From NCBI GenBank assembly GCA_016209015.1, contig JACQWY010000028.1, positions 13,356 through 77,355 of the forward strand: a stretch of DNA of 64,000 nucleotides, given 5' to 3'. Of this stretch, positions 27,180 to 35,760 are shown piece after piece. The translations under genes were made by a program, and so were the position numbers. This DNA is from Gammaproteobacteria bacterium. GTDB lineage: Bacteria > Pseudomonadota > Gammaproteobacteria > Ga0077536. Each line of letters begins with the position of its first letter. Positions within the stretch are counted from its first letter, which is position 1. A model generated the notes under the pieces. It was not told the DNA's origin. It worked only from the letters and a program-made list of their open reading frames with translations, and made no database searches.

Positions 27180-27505
27180 CACGCCGCGCGACTGTTTACC
27201 TCCTGGCAGTGGCGTGGCTCGCGGGCTGCACGCACACCCCGCCGCCACCCCCCGTCGAGCATGCTGTCAAAGTCGATATGCCCGTAGTCATGCCGTGCAA
27301 ACCGATCCCGGAATTGCTGGCTCCGCTCGATCTGCCCACGCCGCACGCGCACCGGCCCTGGCAGACCGAGACCTGCCCGCCCGGCGCCGACTGCGCCGTG
27401 GTCTCCGGGCTCTACGCCGCCGATGAGAGCGCGCTGATGATGCGCGAGGCGCTGTTGTGGGCACGACTCCAGTCGTGGATTGCCTGGGGCGGCTGCCGGC
27501 CGTGA
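27176..27505 (+). CDS. o-spanin lipoprotein (Rz1-like)
   Basis: lipobox LAGC, Pro-rich, follows i-spanin. Confidence 0.7.
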   Translation: MTRRATVYLLAVAWLAGCTHTPPPPPVEHAVKVDMPVVMPCKPIPELLAPLDLPTPHAHRPWQTETCPPGADCAVVSGLYAADESALMMREALLWARLQSWIAWGGCRP

Positions 27506-27753
27506 TGCACTGGCGCCTCCAATCGCATTTGGGGCGGAACGTCCTCTGGGAATGGCTGGAGAGCGTGGACGGGGTTTATCTCGTCTGGAAGCACCGCACG
27601 CACGACGGCAGCGCCCGCTACGGCCTCGAACGTCGCAACGAGTGCGGGCAGTGGGAAGCCCTGAGCGGCCACGACTCCAGCGAGGAGGCGAAGGCCGCGG
27701 CGGAAGCAGGCCGCGAGGCGCGCGTCGCCGCGAAGCGACGGCACGCCGCATGA
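27505..27753 (+). CDS. phage hypothetical protein
   Basis: coupled to o-spanin. Confidence 0.5.
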   Translation: MHWRLQSHLGRNVLWEWLESVDGVYLVWKHRTHDGSARYGLERRNECGQWEALSGHDSSEEAKAAAEAGREARVAAKRRHAA

Positions 27754-27759
27754 GCGCGA

Positions 27760-28071
27760 TTATCTGGATTGAGGCGGCGCAATAGCCGACTCGACCGCCG
27801 CGGCGGTTTTCGAATCGCCCAACAGCACCTCGAGCACGATGCGCCGCATGTGGTGCTGCACGCCCTCGGGAATCGAGCGGCGTGCGTTGCGCCACTCGCC
27901 CAGCCGGGAGAGCGTGTAGGCGCCATCCGTGGCCACATTGAGCAGGCTCAGGCCGTCGCTCAGCGTGCCGTGTGCGAGCGTGACGGCCTGCCACGCCGCC
28001 ACGAGGTCGGGGCCTAAGGCGGCCGCCTGCTCGCGCAGACGGGCACGCCAGTTGCGGTTCGGGTGGTTCAT
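27760..28071 (-). CDS. HTH regulator, last gene of cassette A (Aca-like)
   Basis: MNHPNR...YTLSRLGEWRNARRSIPE; paralogue of 29319..29603. Confidence 0.65.
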   Translation of the reverse strand: MNHPNRNWRARLREQAAALGPDLVAAWQAVTLAHGTLSDGLSLLNVATDGAYTLSRLGEWRNARRSIPEGVQHHMRRIVLEVLLGDSKTAAAVESAIAPPQSR

Positions 28072-28265
28072 CCGATTTCCCACGATTCGCGCGGCTCGGC
28101 GAGCGCGGCGAATGCCTCGGCTTGTTCGGTCGGCTTGGTGCGCTCGTACGCGAGCAGCGCGTCATGCGCTGCGCTCAATGCGCTTTCGATCGCCTCCGTG
28201 ACGTTCGGACCGGAAAGAATCGCGCCAAGCGCGGATCGGGCTTTTACGACTTTCTGCATATCCAT
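28068..28265 (-). CDS. small hypothetical protein, cassette A
   Basis: RBS GGAGGA; ATGA overlap with HTH gene. Confidence 0.6.
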   Translation of the reverse strand: MDMQKVVKARSALGAILSGPNVTEAIESALSAAHDALLAYERTKPTEQAEAFAALAEPRESWEIG

Positions 28266-28284
28266 TTTCGTATCCTCCGAAAAA

Positions 28285-28305
28285 GGCGCCCGATGGGCCG
28301 GGCGC
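28285..28305. repeat. 21-bp hairpin repeat, copy 1
   Basis: GGCGCCCGATGGGCCGGGCGC identical to 30146-30166. Confidence 0.85.
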
Positions 28306-28312
28306 CGTGGGG

Positions 28313-28990
28313 TTAGATCGATCCGCCGAGAAACTGCACGCGGCGATAGTGCTCGGCGTAGTCATTCCAGCCGCCGACGCCGGGGTACTCGTAGCACCCC
28401 ACCGAGTCGTGGATCGCCTCGCGGATGCGGCGCTCCAGCTCATCCGCGATGGAGCCGTGGATGAGCACATCGTTTGCGGCGGCCTCGGCCTCCAGGCCGG
28501 CGACGGCCTCGGCCAGGGTGGCGTACCGCCGCATGTACTCGGAATCCGGGCAGCACGCGAGGTAGTCGCCGGCCGCCCAGATCTGCGCGAGGTTTGCGGG
28601 GTCCTCGCCGATCGCGTCGAGCATATCCTGAATGCGCTCCCGCGCGTCTACGGCGTCATCCGTGAGGCGCCCGACGTGGTTGTTGCCGTCCCACTTGATT
28701 GAGTGGCCGGCATGCAAAAGCTCGAATTCGGGCCGCAGTTCGTTGAGCACGTCGGCGAGCACGTCGCCGGACACGTAGGGCGATACGCCCCACCGCAGGG
28801 TCCGGGTGTGCCATACGGCCATCGGCAAGCCGCTGCCGGGGTTGTAGCTGGCGGAGACGACTCCGCCGTCGTCCATCTCCACGATCCCGGGCTGCGGGCT
28901 GCTCTGCCCGGGGTACTGGTGATAGAGCGGGGCGCGCTCGGCGCGCAGGGCGTCGGTGCACAGGGTGATGGTTGATTCTGTTGTGGTCAT
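28313..28990 (-). CDS. acidic hypothetical protein, first gene of cassette A
   Basis: RBS GGAGA; 225 aa. Confidence 0.7.
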   Translation of the reverse strand: MTTTESTITLCTDALRAERAPLYHQYPGQSSPQPGIVEMDDGGVVSASYNPGSGLPMAVWHTRTLRWGVSPYVSGDVLADVLNELRPEFELLHAGHSIKWDGNNHVGRLTDDAVDARERIQDMLDAIGEDPANLAQIWAAGDYLACCPDSEYMRRYATLAEAVAGLEAEAAANDVLIHGSIADELERRIREAIHDSVGCYEYPGVGGWNDYAEHYRRVQFLGGSI

Positions 28991-29049
28991 CGGATTTCTC
29001 CGCCCCTGAACCCCGAGGCGCGGGCGCTCTGGTATCAGAGCGTGGTGTA

Positions 29050-29078
29050 ATAATATCCCAGAAGTGGGATAGTGTCAA
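29050..29078 (-). promoter_or_regulatory. sigma70 promoter with palindromic operator (cassette A)
   Basis: TTGACA-17bp-TATTAT; TATCCCA-n4-TGGGATA at 29054-29071. Confidence 0.85.
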
Positions 29079-29284
29079 GCCCCCCCCCTTTTTTTTATCT
29101 CGATGGAGTCCGCGATGAAGATCCACGCGCCGCCGGAGAGCGGCAACGCCCTCAATGCCGTCGCGCACCAGATCGGCATCGCACCGGAGTCCCCGCCGCC
29201 TCGCGCCAAGCCGAAGAAGGCGCGCGAGGCGACCGGCAAGACGCACGGACTGAATTTATCACTACGCCACTGGTGTAGAGCGAA

Positions 29285-29310
29285 GCCCGGGGCCTGGAGC
29301 GGCCCCGGGC
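29285..29310. terminator. hairpin ending cassette B
   Basis: GCCCGGGGCC-n6-GGCCCCGGGC right after HTH stop codon; weak U tract. Confidence 0.5.
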
Positions 29311-29318
29311 AGAGCGTA

Positions 29319-29603
29319 TTAGGGCGGGCTCAGAACGGCGGTGAGCGCGGAAGTCGCGCCACCTGACGGGAAGAGAAAGTCGATGACGACCTGTCGCATG
29401 ATGCGCTGAAACCGTTCGGGGACGGGACGCTCGCCGCGTCGCCACTGCCCGAACCGCGCGTGGTCGTACGACGAGCCGAGGCGGGCATTGATGGCCTGCA
29501 GCACGTCGCCGAGGCTGTGCCCATCCGCCTCGACGACAGACTGAAACGCCTCCACGAGGTTAGAGCCGAGCGCTTCCGCGCGGGCCTTGAGCGGATTCGC
29601 CAT
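29319..29603 (-). CDS. HTH regulator, last gene of cassette B (Aca-like)
   Basis: YDHARFGQWRRGERPVPE; paralogue of 27760..28071. Confidence 0.65.
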   Translation of the reverse strand: MANPLKARAEALGSNLVEAFQSVVEADGHSLGDVLQAINARLGSSYDHARFGQWRRGERPVPERFQRIMRQVVIDFLFPSGGATSALTAVLSPP

Positions 29604-29866
29604 CACACCATTTCCGTGCTGACGGCGGGGAACGGCCATTCGTGGCCGCAGGCGCTGCACTTGAGCGTCGCGCCAGACGCGTCGCCCTCGTAGACGCACG
29701 AGTCGGCGTCGATGAGCACCTTAGGCTTGCGGTTCGCGCCCGGGTGGGGCTCGTCGCACCACAGGATTTCGCTCAGGTCGTAGTACGCCTTGCACGGCTC
29801 GATGTAGAGCATTAGCGCGGGGTCCTCGTTCGAGCACACCGGGCATGCTGCTGGATGCTTGTTCAT
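29603..29866 (-). CDS. small Zn-ribbon protein, cassette B
   Basis: RBS TAAGGAGG; CPVC...CSACGHEW. Confidence 0.65.
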   Translation of the reverse strand: MNKHPAACPVCSNEDPALMLYIEPCKAYYDLSEILWCDEPHPGANRKPKVLIDADSCVYEGDASGATLKCSACGHEWPFPAVSTEMV

Positions 29867-29875
29867 GGGTCCTCC

Positions 29876-30127
29876 TTAGTGGCCGTAGACGGAGTCGTCG
29901 ACCATCACGATGTGGAATTCCGGCGCAGCGCCCCCGCCCATGAGGTAGGGCTCTGCGACGCCGGTCTCGGGTAGCGGACGCAACAGGTCCGCGAGCATTT
30001 CGGCTTCGTCGATTCCGTTCACGGCCGCGAACTCCGCAATCGGCCCCTGCCACGTCATCTCGTACCACTGGATCGCGTCGGTGCGGTGCACGCGGAAAAC
30101 TTGGATATGCGATTGGGTCGTGTGCAT
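29876..30127 (-). CDS. small acidic protein, cassette B
   Basis: RBS GGAG; ...GGGAAPEF. Confidence 0.6.
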   Translation of the reverse strand: MHTTQSHIQVFRVHRTDAIQWYEMTWQGPIAEFAAVNGIDEAEMLADLLRPLPETGVAEPYLMGGGAAPEFHIVMVDDSVYGH

Positions 30128-30145
30128 GTTCGTCTCCAAGGGGGC

Positions 30146-30166
30146 GGCGCCCGATGGGCCGGGCGC
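30146..30166. repeat. 21-bp hairpin repeat, copy 2
   Basis: identical to 28285-28305. Confidence 0.85.
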
Positions 30167-30174
30167 TGGGGTGG

Positions 30175-30414
30175 TTATTCGTCGCGTGCCGGGACGAGAC
30201 GCAATTTGTCGTAGCCGTAGGGCTCAAGGCGCGCCGAATCGGCGTCTGGGCCATCGCCGTAGCCGCCACCGCATTTGCAGTCGGGCGCCGACGGGCACAG
30301 GGCGCGCTCTACGCGGCGGGTCTGGCTCCGCGATAAGACGAATCCCTCCGCGGGGCCGACGAGCGTGATGCCATAGCGCCCGTGAAAATTATGGCCGGAG
30401 ATTGTGTGCTTCAT
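30175..30414 (-). CDS. small protein, first gene of cassette B
   Basis: RBS AGGAGA; LSRSQTRRVERALCPSAPDCKCGG. Confidence 0.65.
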   Translation of the reverse strand: MKHTISGHNFHGRYGITLVGPAEGFVLSRSQTRRVERALCPSAPDCKCGGGYGDGPDADSARLEPYGYDKLRLVPARDE

Positions 30415-30447
30415 TTCGATTCTCCTGGGCGGAATGCCCGTGTCACT

Positions 30448-30477
30448 ACATTAGGCCAAATCTGGCCTAGTAGTCAA
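30448..30477 (-). promoter_or_regulatory. sigma70 promoter with palindromic operator (cassette B)
   Basis: TTGACT-18bp-TAATGT; TAGGCCA-n4-TGGCCTA at 30452-30469. Confidence 0.75.
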
Positions 30478-30530
30478 GGCCGACGTTTCTTTGTTTCCCG
30501 AGTCCATCACGCACCCGCGAGGAATTGCGC

Positions 30531-30767
30531 ATGCAAATCAGCGTCAACGAGTTCCCGAAAGAGCGCTACAGCGCCTACTACGAGATGTTCTTCGAGCCGA
30601 GCCTCGAGGGCAGTGGCTTCGACTGGTCGACCCGCATCATGCCGCGCAACGGCGAGGGCATCCTGCAGCAGGAAGCCGGCCTCGCGCCGTCCCGTGACGA
30701 GGCGCTGCTCGCGGCCTCGGAGTGGGTGCGTGAGCACATGATTCCCTATCGCAAGGCGGAGGGCTGA
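30531..30767 (+). CDS. phage hypothetical protein
   Basis: RBS GAGGA; MQISVNEF... Confidence 0.6.
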   Translation: MQISVNEFPKERYSAYYEMFFEPSLEGSGFDWSTRIMPRNGEGILQQEAGLAPSRDEALLAASEWVREHMIPYRKAEG

Positions 30768-30770
30768 GCC

Positions 30771-31172
30771 ATGGCACTCGGATTTAACGCGACCCTGCGC
30801 ACCGCGCGGGGTCAGAAGATCGCCGATGCCGTCAACGGCGGGGCCGGGGCAGGCAAGCTGCGCATCTACGCGGGCACGCGCCCAGCGACCGGCGGCACCG
30901 CGACCACGCTGCTCGCCGAGCTCACGTTCGCGGACCCGATGGAAGCCTCGGTGTCCTCGGGCGTGCTCACGGCCGACTCGATCATCGGGGATACGTCTGC
31001 CGACGCCACGGGCACCGCGGCGTGGTTCCGGGTGGTGGACTCGACGGGCACGCACGTCATGGATGGCGACGTCGGGACGTCGGGCTCGGACCTCAACCTC
31101 ACGAGCACAAGCATCGTCGCGACCGAGGGCGTGGACGTGACTTCTTTCGTGCTCACCGAGGGTAACGCTTGA
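30771..31172 (+). CDS. small beta-rich virion fibre/appendage subunit
   Basis: LRIYAGTRP...LLAEL...GTAAWFR...DGDVGTSGSDLNL; paralogous to 51919 and 52379. Confidence 0.7.
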   Translation: MALGFNATLRTARGQKIADAVNGGAGAGKLRIYAGTRPATGGTATTLLAELTFADPMEASVSSGVLTADSIIGDTSADATGTAAWFRVVDSTGTHVMDGDVGTSGSDLNLTSTSIVATEGVDVTSFVLTEGNA

Positions 31173-33643
31173 TCTCTGCTGACGCTCGCGCGGCGCTGCG
31201 GAGGATTATGTCGGGAGGCGCGGGCCGGTATCGCGCGATCTTGCGTGTGGTCGCGTTGCTGGCCTGCCTGCCAGGTCTCGCGCTCGCCGCCGGCACGCAG
31301 GGTCGCAGCGCGGCGAACGTCTACGTGGCCCCCCAAGCCACCGACGTCGACGCGAGCGCGGTTGCGAGCGCGAATTTCGACAACGCGTACGGCACGCTGT
31401 CGTTTCGGTGCGGTCAGCAAGGGGTCCTCGTCTGCCAGTCATTCGACGACTCATCGGTATTCGTCAATGCCTCCGGCACCGGCGGCGGCTACGGCTCAGG
31501 ACTCTATCCCAGCGGCCAGGACGGCCAGCTCCACGGCGTCCGCGACACGGCTACGAAGTTTGAGGGTGCGGGATCGCTGCGCTTCGACATTCGAGCCGGC
31601 GCGAACGGCGGTCCAGGAGGGAGCCCTGTCGAGTTCACGACGTTGCCGGCGGGAGAATGGCGCTCGCAATTCGGTCCGGATGGTCAAGCGACGCGCATCG
31701 GCGGAGACAACAGCAAGGTCTACATCCAGTTCAGCTATCGGCTCTCTCCGGAAATGCTCACATTCGACTGGCCGTCGCTCGGGGGGCAGGGCTGGAAAAG
31801 CTTCATCGTCTTCGGGCCGTACAACACGAGCTCCTGCACGTCCGACCAATTCGTGCAGGAAAACAGCAACCAGAAAAACATTCTGATCGGGTACACGCAC
31901 TGCTCGGCTCCGAGTTTGCGCACTCAGCAATCGACGCCCTACAACTACCAGCAAGGAAAATACTCCTGCCCGTACGGCACGAACTACGCGACCGACCCCA
32001 CCTGTCTGCGCTACCAGTCCGACACGTGGATCACCGAATACTGGGTCGTGCACATCGGGCAACTCGGCACGGCGAGCACGACATTCGAGGCGTATGCGAG
32101 TTTCAATCGCGGCCCGTTCGAGAAATTCATCGGGCTGACGGGATTCACGCTCGGCGACTACGACCCGAATCACAACCTCGCGAACTACGTTGGTTTGCAG
32201 ACGATATTGCTGACGCCCTATTTCTCGGGCATCACCACGACGCACTACGACTATCCCGCGGCGTCCGTCTGGTACGACTCACTGATCGTGTCGACGAGTC
32301 CGATCATGATGCCCGGAGGATTCCACATCGGCACGACCCCGGGATGGTACGAGGTCCCTGATTCCTGGCTCTGGCCGTGCCCGACGACGACGTACTCGAC
32401 CGGCATCACGTCGAATATCTGCACCGGCCTCATCGACGCCTGGAACGGCGGCGCGATGGACACGAAGCGGCATCGGCTGTTGCTCCACGGTGGCGGGCAC
32501 CAGGACTATCGCGGTAACGAGGTCTGGGCGATCAACACCGCCGATGGCACGACCCAGAAGTTCATTGAAGCCTCGGACGTCGCATGCGGCGTCGACTCGC
32601 TCGACCCCGCCTCGTACTGGCAGTACGGCACCTATCTGCCGATTGCGGCGACGACAGCGCGCTCGGCGTCCGGCACAACCGCGACGCTGACGCTCTCGGA
32701 TGCCTCGCACTCGAGTCTGGTCGCTGGGCGCACCGTCACGATTCAGGGCATGGGCAACGCGAGCTACAACAAGGCCCACGCGATCCTGACCGCGGTCAAT
32801 CGGGTCGCGAGAACCGTGAGTTACACGATCCCGGCGACGACCGAGACGACAACGGCCGACACCGGCGGGCAAATCGTGGACGAGGCATGCGAGTACTACC
32901 CTGATGGGCGGCCCTCGGCACGCCACAACTACGAGGGGCTCGTCTACGTCGGGCCTCGAGCGGGCGACGCGAACGACTATATGTACGAGCTCGGCGGCTC
33001 ACTGAACGGCCAGGGCCTGAAGCCGGTGCGCGCGAGTTTCGCGATCTGGCGCCTGAACCTCGTCACGAACCAGTGGGAGTCGATGTGGCCCTACAACGGC
33101 ACCGTGATGAACAGCGCGGTGCAGGCGTGCGCGTATCACGCCGCCTACGGCTCGATCTATTGCTGGGACGAATACAACCAGGTCAACCGCTACGAGCTCG
33201 CGACAAACACGATGGACCGCTCGGCCTCGCGCTCGGGCAACTCGGGTCACGCCTCGGTCGCCATCGATCCCGCGCGCAATCAAATGCTGATCATCGGCGA
33301 CAGCACGCTCTACCGCGCTAATCTCGCCCCACCCGGCACACCGCAGGCCAAGGGCGACAACATCACGAGCTCCACGTTCGGCTGCGCGACGATGCTCGCC
33401 CAGCAGAACGCGGGATTCGTCTATGACCCTGTCGACCAGACATTCGTCGCGTGGAACGGCGGGGACACCGTCTGGCGCTTCCATCCGGACTCGCTGGTCT
33501 GCGACACCCTGAGTTATTCGTTCGGTCCCGGCGCGAATGCGCCCTGGGGAGCGTTCTCGCATTTTCAGTACGACCCCTACACGGACGGCTTCATCGTCGT
33601 CACGAACTACAAGCGAAACGCTTTCATCCTCAAGACTCGATAG
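31169..33643 (+). CDS. exported Cys-rich protein, lectin/lyase-like jelly-roll plus beta-propeller-like region
   Basis: signal-peptide-like RVVALLACLPGLALA; VWYDSLIVST; GGGHQDYRGNEVW, GRPSARHNY. Confidence 0.7.
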   Translation: MISADARAALRRIMSGGAGRYRAILRVVALLACLPGLALAAGTQGRSAANVYVAPQATDVDASAVASANFDNAYGTLSFRCGQQGVLVCQSFDDSSVFVNASGTGGGYGSGLYPSGQDGQLHGVRDTATKFEGAGSLRFDIRAGANGGPGGSPVEFTTLPAGEWRSQFGPDGQATRIGGDNSKVYIQFSYRLSPEMLTFDWPSLGGQGWKSFIVFGPYNTSSCTSDQFVQENSNQKNILIGYTHCSAPSLRTQQSTPYNYQQGKYSCPYGTNYATDPTCLRYQSDTWITEYWVVHIGQLGTASTTFEAYASFNRGPFEKFIGLTGFTLGDYDPNHNLANYVGLQTILLTPYFSGITTTHYDYPAASVWYDSLIVSTSPIMMPGGFHIGTTPGWYEVPDSWLWPCPTTTYSTGITSNICTGLIDAWNGGAMDTKRHRLLLHGGGHQDYRGNEVWAINTADGTTQKFIEASDVACGVDSLDPASYWQYGTYLPIAATTARSASGTTATLTLSDASHSSLVAGRTVTIQGMGNASYNKAHAILTAVNRVARTVSYTIPATTETTTADTGGQIVDEACEYYPDGRPSARHNYEGLVYVGPRAGDANDYMYELGGSLNGQGLKPVRASFAIWRLNLVTNQWESMWPYNGTVMNSAVQACAYHAAYGSIYCWDEYNQVNRYELATNTMDRSASRSGNSGHASVAIDPARNQMLIIGDSTLYRANLAPPGTPQAKGDNITSSTFGCATMLAQQNAGFVYDPVDQTFVAWNGGDTVWRFHPDSLVCDTLSYSFGPGANAPWGAFSHFQYDPYTDGFIVVTNYKRNAFILKTR

Positions 33644-33652
33644 GAGAACGAC

Positions 33653-34099
33653 ATGACCGCATTGACCGGCAAGGGCGACACGTTCGAGAACGCGATGCTC
33701 AAACTCGTGCTCTGGAATCAGGCGTTCGGCACGTTGTGGGCGGCTGGCGCGCTCGGGAATCTCTGGTGCTCTCTGAACTACGCCGATCCGACTGAAGAGG
33801 GCACCGCGCAGTCTAGTGAAGCCTCGTATCCGTCCTACGCGCGCGCCTCTCTGAACCGCAACGCGGGCAGCTTCACGATCGTCGGCAATGCCGCGAACTT
33901 CGCGGCCGACGTCGCGTTCACGCGCTCGACTGGCGCTGAGCCGAATGGCGGTGGCTCACTCGGATTTTGGACCCTCACGGACGCCGTGAGCGGCGCCTCG
34001 ACCGCCCTCTATGGTGGCCCGCTCTCGGGCGCCATCCCGGTCGGAAGCACCGGTATCGCGCCGATTCTCACGACGGGCACCGTCATCCGCGAAGGCTGA
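33653..34099 (+). CDS. small phage tail-fibre-like subunit
   Basis: FENAMLKLV...L.YADPTEEGT...EASYPSYAR...L.DA.SG...LY.GPL. Confidence 0.7.
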   Translation: MTALTGKGDTFENAMLKLVLWNQAFGTLWAAGALGNLWCSLNYADPTEEGTAQSSEASYPSYARASLNRNAGSFTIVGNAANFAADVAFTRSTGAEPNGGGSLGFWTLTDAVSGASTALYGGPLSGAIPVGSTGIAPILTTGTVIREG

Positions 34100-34107
34100 G
34101 ATGATCC

Positions 34108-35760
34108 GTGGCGGTCATCAACTTCGCCGGCTGGAACGCGGGCAGCGTCAACCAGGACGGCGCATCGAGCTCCGGCGGCACGCTGTCGGTCGTCGCCGGC
34201 GCGGGGGCGCGCGGGGAGAACGCACTCCGCTGTAACCCGACCGGCACGAACACCGGCGTATTCGACCTCGGTGGATTCTCGAGCACAGGCCAGCCGACGA
34301 CGTTCTCGGGCCTCGCCGCGCTCTACGGCGGGTTCTGGTTCAAGTATCACTTGGCGCCCGCCACCGGCGACGAGCCGATCGCCGCGTGGTATTCGAGTTC
34401 GAGCGCGCTGCGCGGCGAGCTGCGCCTCAATAGCGGCGGATTTCTCGTGCTCTACGACGCGGCGCTCGTCGCGCGCGGCACGTCAGCGACGCCGCTCGAC
34501 CCCGACACGTGGTATTACATCCGCGGCCGGATGGGCGGCGCGGCCTCGGCGCAAACGCAGATCCAGGTGTGCACGGCGCCGACCTATTCGCCTGTCACGG
34601 TCATCGACTACACCGGGAATTTCGGCGGCACTATCGCGTTCATGCGCCTCGGGAAGGGGGTGAACCGCAACGGAAACGCGGTCGACTTCTACTACGCGGT
34701 CGTCGTCATCGACACGGCGAGTGTTCCGATCCCGCAGTACTACGTGCGAAACGGCCAGCCGACGGCGAACGGCTCGACGTACACGTTCAGCGGCAGCGGC
34801 GCGGGCGCGAACGATTACACGTCGGTGGACGAAGTCATCATCTCGACCGCGGATTACGTGCGCTCCGGCGCGCAGAACGAGCTCGCGCTTTTCGCGATGG
34901 CGAATTGCAGCGCGATGGGCATAGCGAACGGCGACACCATCATCTCCGTGCGTGCCGGCGCCAGCCTGCGCGAGGCGACGGCCGGGGCCTCGGCCTACGT
35001 GCTCCGCATCAAGAGCGGCGCGACGAACAGCGACAACGCAGCGCTCGACCCCGGCACGACGTTCATCCCGCGATTCCGGCTGGTCAACACCGATCCCGCG
35101 ACCGCGACGACGTGGACGCAGAGCGGCGTCGACGGCCTCGAGATCGGCGTGCTCGATTCGAGCACCGGCGGCCGCGTCGACGTCGCGTGGGTCGATCTGG
35201 CGGTGCTCGCCCAGGTCTCGCCAGCGGCGGCCGGCACGGCGGATGCGGGTGCAACCGCGACCGGCGACGCCGGGGCGAACGTCTACGCGTCCGCGACCGT
35301 CGATGCGGGGGCCGACGCGCTCGGTGTGCCACAGACGTACAGCGCGGCCGGCAGTTCGACCGTCATCGCGACGGCGGAAGCCGAAGGCATCGCGGCGATC
35401 GACGTCTCGTCCGACGGCATCGGCGCCGATGCTCAGGCGTCCGTGGCCGCAGACAACTATGCCGACGATCAGTCGTATGCGCTCGCCGCGGGCGTCGCCG
35501 GCACCGAGACGCCGGACACCGTCGCGGCGCTGCTCGCCGACGCGACGCTGAGCGCGAGCGGCAGGCTCACGCACAAAGGCGTGGCCGCGCGCCAGGTCCA
35601 GGACGCGACGTCCACCGGCAGCGGCAGGCTGAAGCACAAGGGCGCGGCTGCGCGGAGCACCGCCAATGCGGCCTCGAACTCCACGGGCCGCGTGCGCAAG
35701 CCTCGCAAGGTCTCGGGCGGCGTCGCCCTCGTGGGGTCCATTCGAGTGGAGTTGCGATAA
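34108..35760 (+). CDS. virion appendage protein with C-terminal 21-aa repeats
   Basis: Gly/Ser/Thr-rich beta domains, TDPATATTWT...LEIGV; GRLTHKG/GRLKHKG repeats. Confidence 0.7.
   Translation: MAVINFAGWNAGSVNQDGASSSGGTLSVVAGAGARGENALRCNPTGTNTGVFDLGGFSSTGQPTTFSGLAALYGGFWFKYHLAPATGDEPIAAWYSSSSALRGELRLNSGGFLVLYDAALVARGTSATPLDPDTWYYIRGRMGGAASAQTQIQVCTAPTYSPVTVIDYTGNFGGTIAFMRLGKGVNRNGNAVDFYYAVVVIDTASVPIPQYYVRNGQPTANGSTYTFSGSGAGANDYTSVDEVIISTADYVRSGAQNELALFAMANCSAMGIANGDTIISVRAGASLREATAGASAYVLRIKSGATNSDNAALDPGTTFIPRFRLVNTDPATATTWTQSGVDGLEIGVLDSSTGGRVDVAWVDLAVLAQVSPAAAGTADAGATATGDAGANVYASATVDAGADALGVPQTYSAAGSSTVIATAEAEGIAAIDVSSDGIGADAQASVAADNYADDQSYALAAGVAGTETPDTVAALLADATLSASGRLTHKGVAARQVQDATSTGSGRLKHKGAAARSTANAASNSTGRVRKPRKVSGGVALVGSIRVELR

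Noticed and set aside
29103..29366. Plus-strand 87-aa ORF between the two cassettes
   Set aside because: Has a possible RBS but runs through the hairpin into the HTH gene and has no recognisable features; not supported enough to call
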